A stretch of 60,474 bases of DNA from a virus. Its lineage: Duplodnaviria > Caudoviricetes. Of this stretch, positions 18,001 to 27,500 are shown piece by piece. Where the stretch lies: IMG/VR virus record IMGVR_UViG_3300020365_000015, positions 1 to 60,474 of that record; one strand, 5' to 3'. Made by a program: the position numbers and the translations under genes. Under the pieces are notes generated by a model, which was not told the DNA's origin, did no database searches, and worked only from the letters and a program-made list of their open reading frames with translations. Each line of letters begins with the position of its first letter. The first letter of the stretch is position 1.

Positions 18001-21000
18001 GCTGTCACCGCATATAAAGGTGTCAAATTCTATGGCAGAAACTTTAACTTTAACAAGTCTCAGTTTAACCCAAGATACATCAGAAAGATCAGAAACATTT
18101 TCCAACGTAATGGAAGATGGATTGATGCTGCTAATCAAATTGAAAGAAACAAAACATTCATTATTCAAGAAGCACTTGGATATGGCAGAGACAAGTATGC
18201 AGTAATTGACTGGAGTACAAAACTAGATGATTACACTGCTGATGTAGGATATCTACTTGATTCTTACATTCACGATTTAAGATTTGGTGGAAACGCAAAA
18301 GTTGTCGATTATGCTACAATTTTCTCCAATACTGATTATATCAAGAAGAACAGTGCTGAGTCTCTAGACATTTATCATTATGCTACTAGACTAGCAAGAC
18401 TCGCTATTAGAAATTGGGATATAACAGACGAGAGTGTTTCTTACCTACAGGGAGACAACAGAATCACAGTTACCAGCACAAAGGACTTGGCAATTGGAAT
18501 GCATGTCAGTTCTGGTAGAGCATTCCCATTGGGAACAAAGATTGTCTCTATTGATAGTCTGACACAGATTACAGTTGATAATTTTGCTGATGCAAACTCT
18601 GGTGGTGCAGGTGGTGCATCTATTCAGCAGACAAATATCAGTGGCACCACTAATGGTCAGAGTGTTGTCTTCCCAACTAGTGTCGCTGCTGTTCTGCCAG
18701 GAGATGAATTCCAAGTCGGTCTAGGAGATACTGCATCTGTTCCCATCTCATTCTCTGGTATTGAGAGTGCAACATTCTATCTAAGTGCTATCACTACTGG
18801 CACATTCTATGATGCATCAAATCTAATTGAAGGCAACTTAGAATTGATTGCTGAGAGAGCACTTGAAGATGCAATGGCTTTGATGCCAAATCAATATTAT
18901 GAGTATATCATGTACCCCGAAAACCATTGGTATAACTTAAAAGACTATATCGAGTCTGTTGTGTATCATCTCAGATATGGTGGTAATGAGAGGATCGTAT
19001 CTTTCTGGGAGAGGGTAAATCTTTCATATCCACCACAGGAATCTTTAACTGTAGGTTTACCAGCACCAGATGCAGTGGTTCTCGGAAAACCTTTCCTAAG
19101 ATTCCACGAAGAGTTCCATGCAATGGCATTGTATGAATCAACCAAGCATATGGTTTCTGCGATGCGTAATACTCTTCAGGCATCTCCAAATGATTTCTCT
19201 GGTGCAAATCGTCAACCATTTATTGACAATTCGGTAGCTGCTGATACTCAGTTCCCATATTGTGTCGAAGTTGAATCCGCTTTATACACAATGCAACAGA
19301 TCGTCCAAGGATCTGTATATTATGAAGATAATACTTCATACACTGGTCCTGTTGACCCAACACCACAGAATCAGAACAAGCGTGGAAATTGGACAGAAGT
19401 CTTGACATATTCAAATTACAATATCATTGCTGATCCACTAATTCCTTCTCAAGAATGCAACGATGTAATATCATCCGTTGATACATTATATGATACAGTT
19501 GATGATATTTTCAATGATATCAATGTAGAACTCGCTGTTCCCGACTTCATTGATGGGGAGAACAAGGAGTTTGAACTATATTGGAGTAATGGCGATCCTG
19601 TAATTACAGAAAAGGATGAAAACCTACTAATCACTATTAATGCTGTATTACAAGCAACCAAGTTCAATGCTTCTTATCCTGGTGAAGATGCATACTATAT
19701 TGATAGAACTGTCTCTCCAAACAGACTAGTATTTGATGTTGCTCCTATCTGGGATCAAGATGCTGGTGCTAAGACTCTAGGAGAACCAACTGCTGTAGAA
19801 AAAGTTGCTGGTGTTGGCATTGGTAATTACAAGAGACTTACAATTGATAAAAACCTTGTCAATAATGTAAGATCTGGTCCATTCCTAATTCTCGATCTAG
19901 AAGACCGCACTGTACAAAGTGTTGACGAACCAGATTACTTATTAGTATTTGTAGATGGTGTTCTACAAGTACAGGGTGAGAGTTATAATGTTTCTGGACC
20001 TAACATCTTCTTCGAGTTCCCAGTTACGGAACAAATGAAGGTTGACATGAGATATCTCTATGGTAGAGATGTTGGTCAGATTCTAAACATCTATGATTAT
20101 AACGCTGATCAGTATTTTGCACAAGCAAATATCGATATCTACACAACCTCTGGTATTAATGAATTCATCGCAGGTCAGTGGTCTGGTATCTACAGAGGTG
20201 GAGTCATGCAATTGGTGCAGTTCCGAGCAGACGGAACTACCAATGCACTAGGTGAGATTACTGATTATTCTATCAATGGCAACGTATTTTCTGCTAAAAT
20301 CTTTGGTGCTCAGGCAGTCATTGAAGATTTAGATGTACATGTTTGCATCAAAGGAAGATACAATATCAATCAAAAGTTTGAGATTGACCAGTCTCAGTCA
20401 TCTCTTACATATGAGAGAGATGAGAATGGTAGAATTACTTTAAGAGGCACCGATCAAATTTGGAGAGGTACGTATCTAAGGAATACTTACAGAAATCCAT
20501 TCATCAGTCTATCTAATAGCACTCAAATTAGAGTAGAGGGTCAGGATACTTTCAGAAGAATCCAGAAACTTCCTTCTACACTAACAAGTAAAGAGCAAAG
20601 AATTCAAGAAGATGTATCGAATTCTTACTTTGGATTTGTTGAAATTGCTTCATACAATGGTATTAGCAGAGGTGAAGGTCTCAGTATTGTTGCTGAGATT
20701 GAAAATGGATCTGTTGTAAACCTTGTATGGAACCAGCGTAGTTATGATCCTATTACACAACCAACAGCATATCAATATTATACACCACCTGTAATCAACT
20801 TTGTACCCAAAGATGGCAATGGTGGTGGTGCATCTGCTAAAGTTATTGTAAGTAAAGGACAAGTCATCAGTGTTGAACTTGTCAATGGTGGTTCTGGATA
20901 TACCGAGGCACCTCAAGTAGTTGTAGCACGTAGATACGAAGTTATTGAAGAGACTGACATTGGTGTATCTCTCATCAATGTTGGCATCAATAAGGAAGCA

Positions 21001-22566
21001 ATCCTTACGATGTCTGGATTCTCAACGATTGCGATCCTTGGTAATCAGGTATCTGGTGTCAACACATTTACTTCTATTCTATTCAATAGTCCAATTGACT
21101 CAGACAGAGTAATCACTGCTGAGATGCAACTGGTTGAAGAATGTAGTGAGGATCTATCTGCTGGTCTAGTCAGACCTCTTCTGAAGATGGATGACTTCCT
21201 GTTCGATGACTCTAATCTGAGCACAATCGAACACGAAGCGACTCAGATCAATATTTCTATTGCAACTCCATATATTGTTAATATTGAATCTGAATCTACT
21301 CTCACTGCTACTGCTACTAGAGAGATTACTTCTTCTGTTGCTAATGTAATCAACAATACTGCACTCTCCAATATCAACTACTATGAGGTTGCATCCTTCT
21401 TGGATGTTCAACTTGATCCTGGTGATACTGTAGTATACGTTGCAGATACTAGCAAGTTTAAGACAAATGGTTATCTACTAATCGGTAAAGAGATTGTACG
21501 CTACATGCGTAAACTGGGTGATCGTTTCATGATGGTCCAGAGAGCGCAGGATGGCACTACTGAGGGAACATGGGCAGCAGGAACATATCTCAGACAGATT
21601 CCAGATCCAGTATCTATCGCATACGGTGGTATTAGTGTTGTTGAGTCTGAATCTCAGATTGTTACTCTCAAAGGCGGACCAGAGATTGGCGGTAGTGAGT
21701 CCTACAAGCAACAGCAAGTTATCGCGCCAGTTAACACAGTTCAGAAGGTTCATAAAGTAATCCAAGCTGAACTGCAAATTGGTATTGCTGTTGAAAGTTC
21801 CTTCTCTATCACCACTCAAGTTAGATATAAACTTGAGCAACCACTGAGTGCTGTAACTCCAACATCCCTGTCATACCAAGAGACTACGGTTGCTGCACAA
21901 GTTCAGATTCTGCCTACTGAGATCAATGTTTACAAGGGCGCTCTGGAAATTCTTCTTATTCCACCCCCAGGCGGAGTAGTTGATGGATATCAAGAGAGTA
22001 TCTTTATCACTGATCCTGTTGAGACTAGAATAAATGGTTTTGTTGATCTTCTGAATGATTATGGTGTTACAACTAGGTCTGGTCAAACAGTCTTTATTAC
22101 CAACTCGGTATCTGGTGTATCATCAGAGTATATTGGTCAATATACAACAACAAATGTTGGTCCTACTCTAGGAAACTGGTATTCCGCATTTAGTGATGGA
22201 AGTGCCAAAGTATCTGCTCCAACTATTGAGATGATGTCCGCATATTTCGCATCACTGACAGTTGGCGACTTTGAAGAGAGAAAGAATTCCAGTTATAGTA
22301 AGTCTGGAATTAAATTCAATCTAGGCAACCCATCTATCCAGAACCCAATAACCCAGTGTACATCTGGAGTTTCTAGTGGTACTGTAAGTGTAAATGACAC
22401 ATCTTACTTTGAAGATAGTGGATACCTAATTTACGATAGATTGGGTCAACTCAACGTTGTACAATATACATCGAAGACATCCAATACATTTATCGGAATT
22501 ACCCAACTACGCGGAACTAATTTACCAGTAAGTGGAACGGAAGTTCAACCGTTTACAATTTCCTAA
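12007..22566 (+). CDS. g7: giant baseplate wedge initiator gp7-like protein (3519 aa) with YHYH-like domain
   Basis: IESQLPEFI...FLQKYYE, FYKSKGT, DSDFYQDYSYVIKS...HPAGF; HSPILGFAYDGNPIYGP...LDENNGR; located between g6 and g8. Confidence 0.85.
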   Translation: MTVKTKRISTLIESQLPEFISTEYELFGKFLQKYYESQEVQGGPLDVINNIQKYADIDYYEKNLLKQKDTLAVTVSSADTTITLLDATSFPEKDGYVRIDNEIIFYRNRTDTQLLECVRGVSGNTTLGDLYETTNFVSTEAAVHNANRDVYNVSNLFLYAFVKNFENQYLGSFPEKYLKGEVDKRTLIKNISKFYKSKGTSSSIKFVFNTIIAKDTENKPDVYKPRDFTYKSSEADWVNVYALKVKVISGDPTNLIGLPVVQNDEEAGYASATVDNVYADGTIDGEKIWNIVLAPETVNGSFGVSTKTRLEQNLSAGASAGDKINVFSTVGWETYGKILINEETIEFDDKNVVQFNILKRGVAANHTAGDSVYKPITIKGGNVELLTLGVVYNLDATDAQAFASSGDTIEVSNPGFETSDPKIVQTGTNQPRWIIGDLEPVSSTTVPTIAAGLSDVPTNVSSIYGDDEYYYITSSSFPSYNIFDGSNPEQTLQDQKHLRIIRKQSTDTTEIYKTSNRDVGILLNGVPVFGYKDRDSLKYGILQEIKVSARGRNYARPPFVLINGVPNQARAYLNGQVIDRIEVNTGAIFTDVPRVEILSGRNAKVSAVVTGGKLTSLVIDDPGEFYSSPPIVRIRDLSGKGRFADYNAIINTAGAITGFEKISEGNFYTPGSVVVDILAVGEDATATPVLKEWVKNRFVSLTGELDTEFGYVFENYDYVQNFGYGQVANPKSLRVQLGDNLNLAGTEPASKTHSPILGFAYDGNPIYGPFGHENPLDASTPIVRMTSSYSIKGSRTAGPDVLQYPIGSFIDDYQYNHRSGSLDENNGRFCITPDFPKGTYAYFITIDSNQVPQFPYVVGDNFYSLPVDSNYNSPINQNDIPKNAKRLYTPGMPGNGGGLIAKIADVNSGGVEGVFVERSSNNFSVNSQVFFDNLNTEGEDAEAIVSSVKGKQVNYLESKENKVVKLTTIQNAYLFQDDVLTQPSSTARGTIVGTVQNDNTIVLKDVVGTFDNTGTFSAATKTFIFVLDQDSSYTKGAILSLTDGVNPPIATGEVLEGTSRQNTVQIKVLSGTWILDDDYFLQSDNLFNTSGTKITVITSLSDNLEPFEVNQSVALVETATPHGLGVGDTVNVDINPDDSTKTQTYYVRKRLYQDVVFQSFSNETTINYSGVGRFTIMNGGADYTEGVYTDVPLKGGSGTGATAVITVSAAGIVNDIQLETGGKNYKRGDFLKVDDDELARSGASLSTSRLSVYVDHAGVGSQSSEMRVDSVDGYASGDLLQVGSEIVEISSITGDVLNILRGRAGTEAVNHYDGASIELYKPRYNFAENFAITENAGTGYIKSYDLETQTATVIFEYGIDKVSAESLTISTTFFDSSTPGRLVKVSSVGVPTFRFEISPDNVNFTDNPDLDIQEFYRYVFDTSHSSMTGVQFSVSPSSNFNLLTLEQIVSTITPGITGSFVDLKFGFGSRLADNDYSVKTGTNFSSFYYFDKNGNVASGNAQLNIIQDPLQGEKRVNYVTPTRFVYDVPSTPLWDGSGQISYTTNGQFAIGEINNINIINFGQNYKKLPIITGVDPSLDYRGAATVRFDSQTNTIVGVDITNKGSNYVNPIAIITDGDGTEARFKTISRNGQLFSITVENPGKNYTYTPTIRIIEGDTDLFAESSEIGVPRSVNIIRNGGAFHLDKTVSSTITSKYAVALRGITGDFQKGEVVEQRINGAVVFRGYVSEWRIGSNILRVEDISGIIRENVSITGRASLSTATVKSVFVSTFSEKITSFYDNLGYYTSDKGKLGVANQKLTDSDFYQDYSYVIKSKTSIEQWRDLIKSTTHPAGFKLFGQVDIEGSATTSMPSGLGNKASHFTSIQLWNPEKNKITSDIKQRVVTQSIQKVQNTRIRKGQGSAATSEFNFNETRAFDFTLNAAFDGYYDTDGRLQGTRTFALSDDLGNPFFPVSAENLIITLDGVLQEPEVAYTVNSNQITFAQPPLGDNVKLTGQNSGAVTAYKGVKFYGRNFNFNKSQFNPRYIRKIRNIFQRNGRWIDAANQIERNKTFIIQEALGYGRDKYAVIDWSTKLDDYTADVGYLLDSYIHDLRFGGNAKVVDYATIFSNTDYIKKNSAESLDIYHYATRLARLAIRNWDITDESVSYLQGDNRITVTSTKDLAIGMHVSSGRAFPLGTKIVSIDSLTQITVDNFADANSGGAGGASIQQTNISGTTNGQSVVFPTSVAAVLPGDEFQVGLGDTASVPISFSGIESATFYLSAITTGTFYDASNLIEGNLELIAERALEDAMALMPNQYYEYIMYPENHWYNLKDYIESVVYHLRYGGNERIVSFWERVNLSYPPQESLTVGLPAPDAVVLGKPFLRFHEEFHAMALYESTKHMVSAMRNTLQASPNDFSGANRQPFIDNSVAADTQFPYCVEVESALYTMQQIVQGSVYYEDNTSYTGPVDPTPQNQNKRGNWTEVLTYSNYNIIADPLIPSQECNDVISSVDTLYDTVDDIFNDINVELAVPDFIDGENKEFELYWSNGDPVITEKDENLLITINAVLQATKFNASYPGEDAYYIDRTVSPNRLVFDVAPIWDQDAGAKTLGEPTAVEKVAGVGIGNYKRLTIDKNLVNNVRSGPFLILDLEDRTVQSVDEPDYLLVFVDGVLQVQGESYNVSGPNIFFEFPVTEQMKVDMRYLYGRDVGQILNIYDYNADQYFAQANIDIYTTSGINEFIAGQWSGIYRGGVMQLVQFRADGTTNALGEITDYSINGNVFSAKIFGAQAVIEDLDVHVCIKGRYNINQKFEIDQSQSSLTYERDENGRITLRGTDQIWRGTYLRNTYRNPFISLSNSTQIRVEGQDTFRRIQKLPSTLTSKEQRIQEDVSNSYFGFVEIASYNGISRGEGLSIVAEIENGSVVNLVWNQRSYDPITQPTAYQYYTPPVINFVPKDGNGGGASAKVIVSKGQVISVELVNGGSGYTEAPQVVVARRYEVIEETDIGVSLINVGINKEAILTMSGFSTIAILGNQVSGVNTFTSILFNSPIDSDRVITAEMQLVEECSEDLSAGLVRPLLKMDDFLFDDSNLSTIEHEATQINISIATPYIVNIESESTLTATATREITSSVANVINNTALSNINYYEVASFLDVQLDPGDTVVYVADTSKFKTNGYLLIGKEIVRYMRKLGDRFMMVQRAQDGTTEGTWAAGTYLRQIPDPVSIAYGGISVVESESQIVTLKGGPEIGGSESYKQQQVIAPVNTVQKVHKVIQAELQIGIAVESSFSITTQVRYKLEQPLSAVTPTSLSYQETTVAAQVQILPTEINVYKGALEILLIPPPGGVVDGYQESIFITDPVETRINGFVDLLNDYGVTTRSGQTVFITNSVSGVSSEYIGQYTTTNVGPTLGNWYSAFSDGSAKVSAPTIEMMSAYFASLTVGDFEERKNSSYSKSGIKFNLGNPSIQNPITQCTSGVSSGTVSVNDTSYFEDSGYLIYDRLGQLNVVQYTSKTSNTFIGITQLRGTNLPVSGTEVQPFTIS

Positions 22567-22587
22567 ATATCCGTATAAATATAAATA
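22563..22587 (+). promoter_or_regulatory. cluster of T4 late promoters
   Basis: CTAAATA 22563-22569, TATAAATA 22574-22581 and 22580-22587. Confidence 0.85.
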
Positions 22588-22623
22588 ACTCAGGCACAAA
22601 CACAACGTCGGACAAAGAAACCC

Positions 22624-24465
22624 ATGGCTGCTATTATCTCTGATAAGTTTCGTATTTTTAACGCGAAACAGTTCCTCGAATCCTTAACAGAAGGTCCTTC
22701 TGACACTAGTGCAGAGAGATCTAGAATGTACTTCTTTGTTGGGCGACCCCAACCCTGGAGAGCATACTTGGAAGTATACTCCAAGGGATCAACCAATTTT
22801 ACAGTTGGAAACGAAGTGTTTGTTGGAACATATGGTTCCACCGCTTTCCGTGCCACTGTTGCTGAAGTTTATGATAGTGCCCTTCTTCTGACCGACGTTT
22901 TTGGCAGCAACGGAACTAACTCTGTACCTCCTGTAGGCAGCGATCTTCTAGAGACTGCTGATGGCGGTTCGACAACTACAAGTGCTACTGCTAAGTCTGG
23001 CGTTTATCGTTATGCAACCGAGGAGATTCCACCCCTTCCCCTCGATAACCAGAGAGAAAAAGTCAATATCTATGACGAGATCATCGCTGCTAAGCGTATT
23101 ACCGATGCTTTCGCAAGAACTGTTATCCGTCGCTACAACTGGGACGTAGTTGCTAATCCCAAGTTCGACATGTGGAAACCTGACTACTCTGACACTCCTG
23201 GTGGCGGTGGTCAAGTTGGTAAGACAACTGCAACTGGTCAAACCTCAATTGCAGACGCTAAGTTCTACGTAATGAACTCTGATTACGAAGTATTCAAGTG
23301 CCTCTACAACGGTGAGGGTCCTGGAAACCTTTCTGGTCAGAATGCTACTGAAGAACCCAAGACTTCTGGCGGCAACTATGATGCTGCTACTGGTCTCTAC
23401 ACTGAGACCTCTGGTGCTGGATACATCTGGAAGTACATGTATACCACCCCAACCGATGATGTCCTAAGATTCCTATCTTCTGACTTCATGCCTATCGTTC
23501 TTCCTTCTAACAACTCTCGTGTTAACGTAGCAGCATTGGCAGTTGCTGGTGCTGTTGATGTTGTTCTCGTCGAAGACGGTGGTCTAAACCTCCCCGCATC
23601 ACAGACTCTTTACGCTGCTGTCGTTGGAGACGGCACAGGCGGTAAGGTTAAGTTTGAGACTGATGGTTCTGGTACAATCACATCTGCTGAGATTGAAGCT
23701 CGTGGATCAGGTTATACCTATGCTAGCGTACTTCTAAGCAATGGCAGCCTCTTCTCTGACGCTGGTCTAACCACTGGTGTTGCAACTCCTGCTAACGCAG
23801 TTGGTGCTTTGGAAGTTGTTCTACCTCCTCAGGGTGGTCATGGTTCTGATCACGAACTAGAACTGAACGGTAAGCGCGTAATGACCAACATTCGCCTAAC
23901 CTACTCTGAAGGTTCTGGAGACTTCCCTGTTGATAACGACTTCCGTCGTATCGGTATCATCAAGGATCCATACAACTACGGAACTACTACCTTCTCAACC
24001 GCAGACACCCTCTCTGGTTTGAAGGCAGTCAAGATCACTGGCGCAACTGCTGATTACATCCCCGACGAGACTATCACCCAGACTGTAACTGGTGGTACTG
24101 CATACGGTACTGTCGTTTCCTGGACTCTCGACAGCGGTTCAACCACTGATGGTGTTCTCAAGTACATCCAGACTGTTGATTCTCACGTCGATCAGGGTGT
24201 TGTAAGAGCATTTGAGGCAAGCGGTGCTAACGCTATCTCTGGTGGTTTATCTGCTGCAGCAGGTAATGTCGCCACTGGATATACAGGCGCTCTCCTTGGT
24301 TCCACCTTCGCAACTGGTCTAGATCCAAACAACCCTGGTGCAGGCGGTCTTGCAAATCCAGAGATCGAAAACAACTCTGGTGATGTTATCTACCTAGAGA
24401 ACCGTCGTCTAATCACTCGTGCTCCTGACCAGATTGAAGACATCAAACTAGTCATCGAGTTCTGA
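22624..24465 (+). CDS. g8: baseplate wedge subunit gp8
   Basis: MAAIISDKFRIFNA, FYVMNSDYEVFKCLYNG, GYIWKYMYT, NDFRRIGII, QIEDIKLVIEF. Confidence 0.93.
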   Translation: MAAIISDKFRIFNAKQFLESLTEGPSDTSAERSRMYFFVGRPQPWRAYLEVYSKGSTNFTVGNEVFVGTYGSTAFRATVAEVYDSALLLTDVFGSNGTNSVPPVGSDLLETADGGSTTTSATAKSGVYRYATEEIPPLPLDNQREKVNIYDEIIAAKRITDAFARTVIRRYNWDVVANPKFDMWKPDYSDTPGGGGQVGKTTATGQTSIADAKFYVMNSDYEVFKCLYNGEGPGNLSGQNATEEPKTSGGNYDAATGLYTETSGAGYIWKYMYTTPTDDVLRFLSSDFMPIVLPSNNSRVNVAALAVAGAVDVVLVEDGGLNLPASQTLYAAVVGDGTGGKVKFETDGSGTITSAEIEARGSGYTYASVLLSNGSLFSDAGLTTGVATPANAVGALEVVLPPQGGHGSDHELELNGKRVMTNIRLTYSEGSGDFPVDNDFRRIGIIKDPYNYGTTTFSTADTLSGLKAVKITGATADYIPDETITQTVTGGTAYGTVVSWTLDSGSTTDGVLKYIQTVDSHVDQGVVRAFEASGANAISGGLSAAAGNVATGYTGALLGSTFATGLDPNNPGAGGLANPEIENNSGDVIYLENRRLITRAPDQIEDIKLVIEF

Positions 24466-24483
24466 TTAAAACAAACAATAATC

Positions 24484-24513
24484 AATCCCTCCAGCGATGG
24501 GGGGATTTTTTTT
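24484..24513 (+). terminator. intrinsic terminator
   Basis: AATCCCTCCA-GCGA-TGGGGGGATT stem with GNRA loop followed by T-run. Confidence 0.9.
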
Positions 24514-24520
24514 ATCTGTA

Positions 24521-24557
24521 CTAAATACTAGAGACAAGATGCTAGTATTTGGCGGAG
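24521..24557 (+). promoter_or_regulatory. late promoter with overlapping hairpin and SD
   Basis: CTAAATA 24521-24527; AAATACTAG (24523-24531) / CTAGTATTT (24542-24550); GGCGGAG 24551-24557. Confidence 0.75.
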
Positions 24558-24561
24558 TACC

Positions 24562-27500
24562 ATGCCACAGAAGACTAACCTTAATGTAAATCCTTATTAT
24601 GAGGACTTCGACGCAAATAGAAATTTTTATAAGATTCTATTTCGTCCTGGGTATTCTATTCAGAGCAGGGAACTAACACAACTTCAGTCTATTCTACAGA
24701 ATCAGATTGAATCTTTTGGTAAGTATGCTTTCAAGCAAGGCGACTTAGTAGTTCCTGGTGAAGTTGGTTTAAATACCAAACTCGATTATGTTAAGTTATC
24801 ATCTGTATCTGAGGTTGCTGTAAATGAAGGCAACACAGTTGTTTACAAGAAGTATGACATCAGTCAGTTAGATGGTCTTCAATTACGAGGACTAAGTTCT
24901 GGTGTTGTTGCAACGGTACTTGCAATTAAACTAGCAACTGAAACTTCTGCTGACACTTTATATGTCAACTATTTGAATAGTGGCGATTCAAATACTTCTA
25001 GCACCTTCCGCCAAGGTGAGACTCTAGAAGTTGTTGATGGTGTCAATACTCCTCTTCTTGTCGTAGGAACAGATGGTAGTGTCTTACCAACTAGCATTAC
25101 AGTAACAAATCCAGATACACAAGAGACTACATCTGTCAATAGTCCCGCTATGGGATATGCTTCTGCTGTTAAGGTAGAAGAAGGCATCTACTTTGTCAAT
25201 GGATATTTTGTACGTAATCAGACTCAACTACTTGTCATTAATGATTATTACAATATCCCTTCTGCAAAAGTAGGATTTAAGATTACAGAAGAGATCGTAT
25301 CACCTGAGCAAGACGATAGTCTATACGATAACTCTATTGGATCTTCCAATTATACCGCACCTGGAGCACATAGACTCAAGATTTCCCTTGATTTGGTAAG
25401 GTATAACCTTGGAGAGTCAACTGATAAAAACTTTATTCAGTTAATTACTGTATATAAAGGATCTGTACAAAAGAAAGTCAGTCCAACTAACTACAATCTC
25501 CTAGAGCAAACTCTAGCACGTAGAACTTTTGATGAGAGTGGAGACTACGTTGTTGAAAATTTCTCTGTAGATATTAGAGAATTTGCACAAAGAAATAATA
25601 ATGGTGGTCTCTATGCACCAGATGAGTTTAACCTATACAATGGTTATACAGAGACCGAAGCTTCTAGAAAGATGCTCACTAGCATTGGTCCTGGAAAGGC
25701 ATACATCAGAGGATATGAAATTGTCAATAAAGAGACAAAATATCTAGAAGTAAACAAAGCAAGAGAAAGTCTCTCTAGCGATAATGTTCTACTCAAATCA
25801 AAAGGACTACCAACATTCTCCGTTAACAATGTATATGGCAGTGTTCCACTAAACAAAGAGGGTGGAGATCTTACTGCATATCCATATGTCAACCTATACA
25901 CATCATTCAATGATGGTTCTGTAGGTTTGAACAATACAGAAGCGTCTACTGATAAGAGACAGACACTCAACAGAAGAGGTAAACTCTTTAATGCCAATCA
26001 GGCAATTAAGACTATTACTATTGAAGTAACTAGTGCTACTAATCCAATTGGATCTATCACTGATGGAACTTTTGAAAGCACCATTGGCACTCTACACTTT
26101 ATTAAGTCTAGGAATGATGGTGGAAGTCCAATTTCTACTGGATCGATCCAATCTATTGCATTTGCCAGTGTTAACAAACCACTGATCAATCCTTCAGATA
26201 CAGTTAAGTTCTTGGAACTGACAATTGTTGGAGACAAGGATGATCTAGATCTAGTAATGCTTGAGTGTGATTTAGGTGATTCAAACTTAAGAAGAAAACT
26301 ATTCTTATCAAGCAATGATGCTGCTGTTGATGCAAATCCATTTGGACATATTGTAGACTATAGTGATAGCATCACTCCACTTATTGGTAGAGCAAAACCA
26401 AATAACTTCTTCTTACAAAATAGAGGTGCTGGTTTCAATTCTGATTCTGATGTTGTTCTTTCAAGAGGTCGTCTAGCAGAAGGAACCGAAGCATACAATG
26501 CAAACTTTGGTCTATCATACTTTGATCCTCAGTTCTTCACTAAAATCAAATTAGATACTGCTCCTAGCGCAGGTTTCTCAGTTGGTAAGTATATCTTCGG
26601 ACTGAAAAGTGGTGCATATGGTGTTGTCGAAGGACCACCTAATGGCAAGTATTCAATTGGTGCAACTCTATTCGTAAAAACTCTATTCGGTAGATTCCAA
26701 TCTGGCGAGACTCTTAGAGATGAAGCAGGCAATACCAATAGAATTGCTACTGACAATACTATCTCACACTTTATTGTTGTCAATAGAGGTCTTGGATATG
26801 CAGATGGTTTGAGACTAATGATTAATGGTGTCAGTTATGATCCTTCTGTTGTAGAGGTTCTACGTAGAAACAATGGTGAAGTTTACAAAGTTTCTATCAA
26901 CAATAGAACAGCACTTCTTACCGAATATGTCCAACCACCAGCAGTTTCTATCATCCAACCAGATGGTTCCACAGAACCAACTCAAGGTTCGGTAATTTTA
27001 CCAGTTCTTACCAGAAATGCAGTAACAACTTACACCCCACAAAATGTTAAGTCTGTTGCAGCAGAATATGGTTCTGGAAATGCAAACGTATTTACTGCTG
27101 ACGTTGTAGTAGATGATCGTTCTCTGTCCGAGATCAAGTCAGTCACTGACTTCACCTTCTTTGGATCTAAGGGATATAACTTTATTGAATCAACCAGTTT
27201 CAATGCAGATGCTAGTATTCTACTACAGCAAGGAGACATTGTACAGTTCTCAGACGTTGATAACAATCTAATTCGTGCAACTGTACAGTATGCAACTGAG
27301 CAAGAAGGTGTTGCTAAGTCTAGAGTATATCTCGACATTGCACTACCTGGAGATGTTGTTAATACCAGCATTGTTCGTTTACGTCCAAGAGTACAAAATT
27401 CCAACCAAGGATCTCTAGTATTCCCAACAGGTAGTAATCAGATTAAAAAGATTGCTGCTAATTCTGAAGATACGAAGATCAAATACTATCTACGTAGAGA

